Positions 63,404-64,000 of a stretch of 64,000 nucleotides of DNA are shown one piece after another. The first letter of the stretch is position 1; each line of letters begins with the position of its first letter. A model generated the notes under the pieces. That model saw only the letters and a list, made by a program, of their open reading frames with translations, searched no databases and was not told the DNA's origin. The DNA comes from Euprymna scolopes (Eukaryota): NCBI GenBank assembly GCA_053919585.1, contig CM132816.1. One strand, given 5' to 3'. A program made the position numbers and the translations under genes.

Positions 63404-64000
63404 TTATGAATAAATCTCTTTTCAGAAACCCAAAAGGAGAAGCATGAACAGTCAAAATCACAAAAAAAAAAAATTTGTAAATTGTCCCGGGCACAATGTT
63501 AAACCGCGACCATTTCTACCTTACTAACAAAATTAACCAATACCTAACATAATGTTTCCTGTTTTTGTTACAAAAAAAAAATAAATAAAAATAAAAAAGC
63601 CACTTGTTAAAACCCTTTTGTAAACTTCCTATTTGTTAAATAATTCCTTTCGTATCTCTTTTTTTTGGCAAACATTTGTTAAAACAAAACAAAAAATGTA
63701 TATTTGTGAATTTTTGTGCATGCTTATATATATTTGAAAAAGTGTTTATTTTTATGTATAAAATAATAATAATAAAAAAAAGGCTTCTTTTTGCACACAT
63801 TATACCAATATATTAATAATTCTTTTTGACCAATGAGAATAAAGACAAATTCCCCCAAAACCAGAAGAAAAAAAACAAAAAACAAAATTATTTTATTGGT
63901 TTATTTTTCTTTGTTCATTTATTTTTTTTATTTATTTATTTTTCTTTCCTTTTCTCAAGTGAAACCAAAATTGAATCCGAAAGGTTTTTCCATCATATCA

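Overview
AT-rich, repeat-dense eukaryotic (animal) DNA; the repeat families look like those I recall from octopod cephalopods (inference, not proven). One complete protein-coding gene spans most of the window on the + strand: a 15-exon AFG2A/SPATA5 (Drg1) double-AAA+ ATPase, ATG 6117 to TAA 55381. All introns are GT-AG and exon phases are compatible: 2745 nt, 914 aa. Introns and flanks hold a decayed Merlin (IS1595/ISXO2-like) DNA transposon nested in a MITE, many foldback MITEs, several non-autonomous Helitrons, mariner/pogo/hAT elements, about 13 fragments of CR1/Jockey-group LINEs, an RTE fragment, a decayed Copia pol, 5S rRNA- and tRNA-derived pseudogenes, and many minisatellites. Most notable observations: (1) an intact 99-nt orphan ankyrin-repeat exon, KIDINS220-like, antisense in intron 11 inside a rearranged LINE; (2) a tRNA-Arg-headed retroposon with decayed tandem minimal hammerhead-ribozyme motifs; (3) a composite Helitron with two 3' ends, present as an inverted pair; (4) inverted MITE copies bracketing exons 13-14; (5) a C2HC (UBZ-like) zinc-finger motif at the SPATA5 N-terminus.
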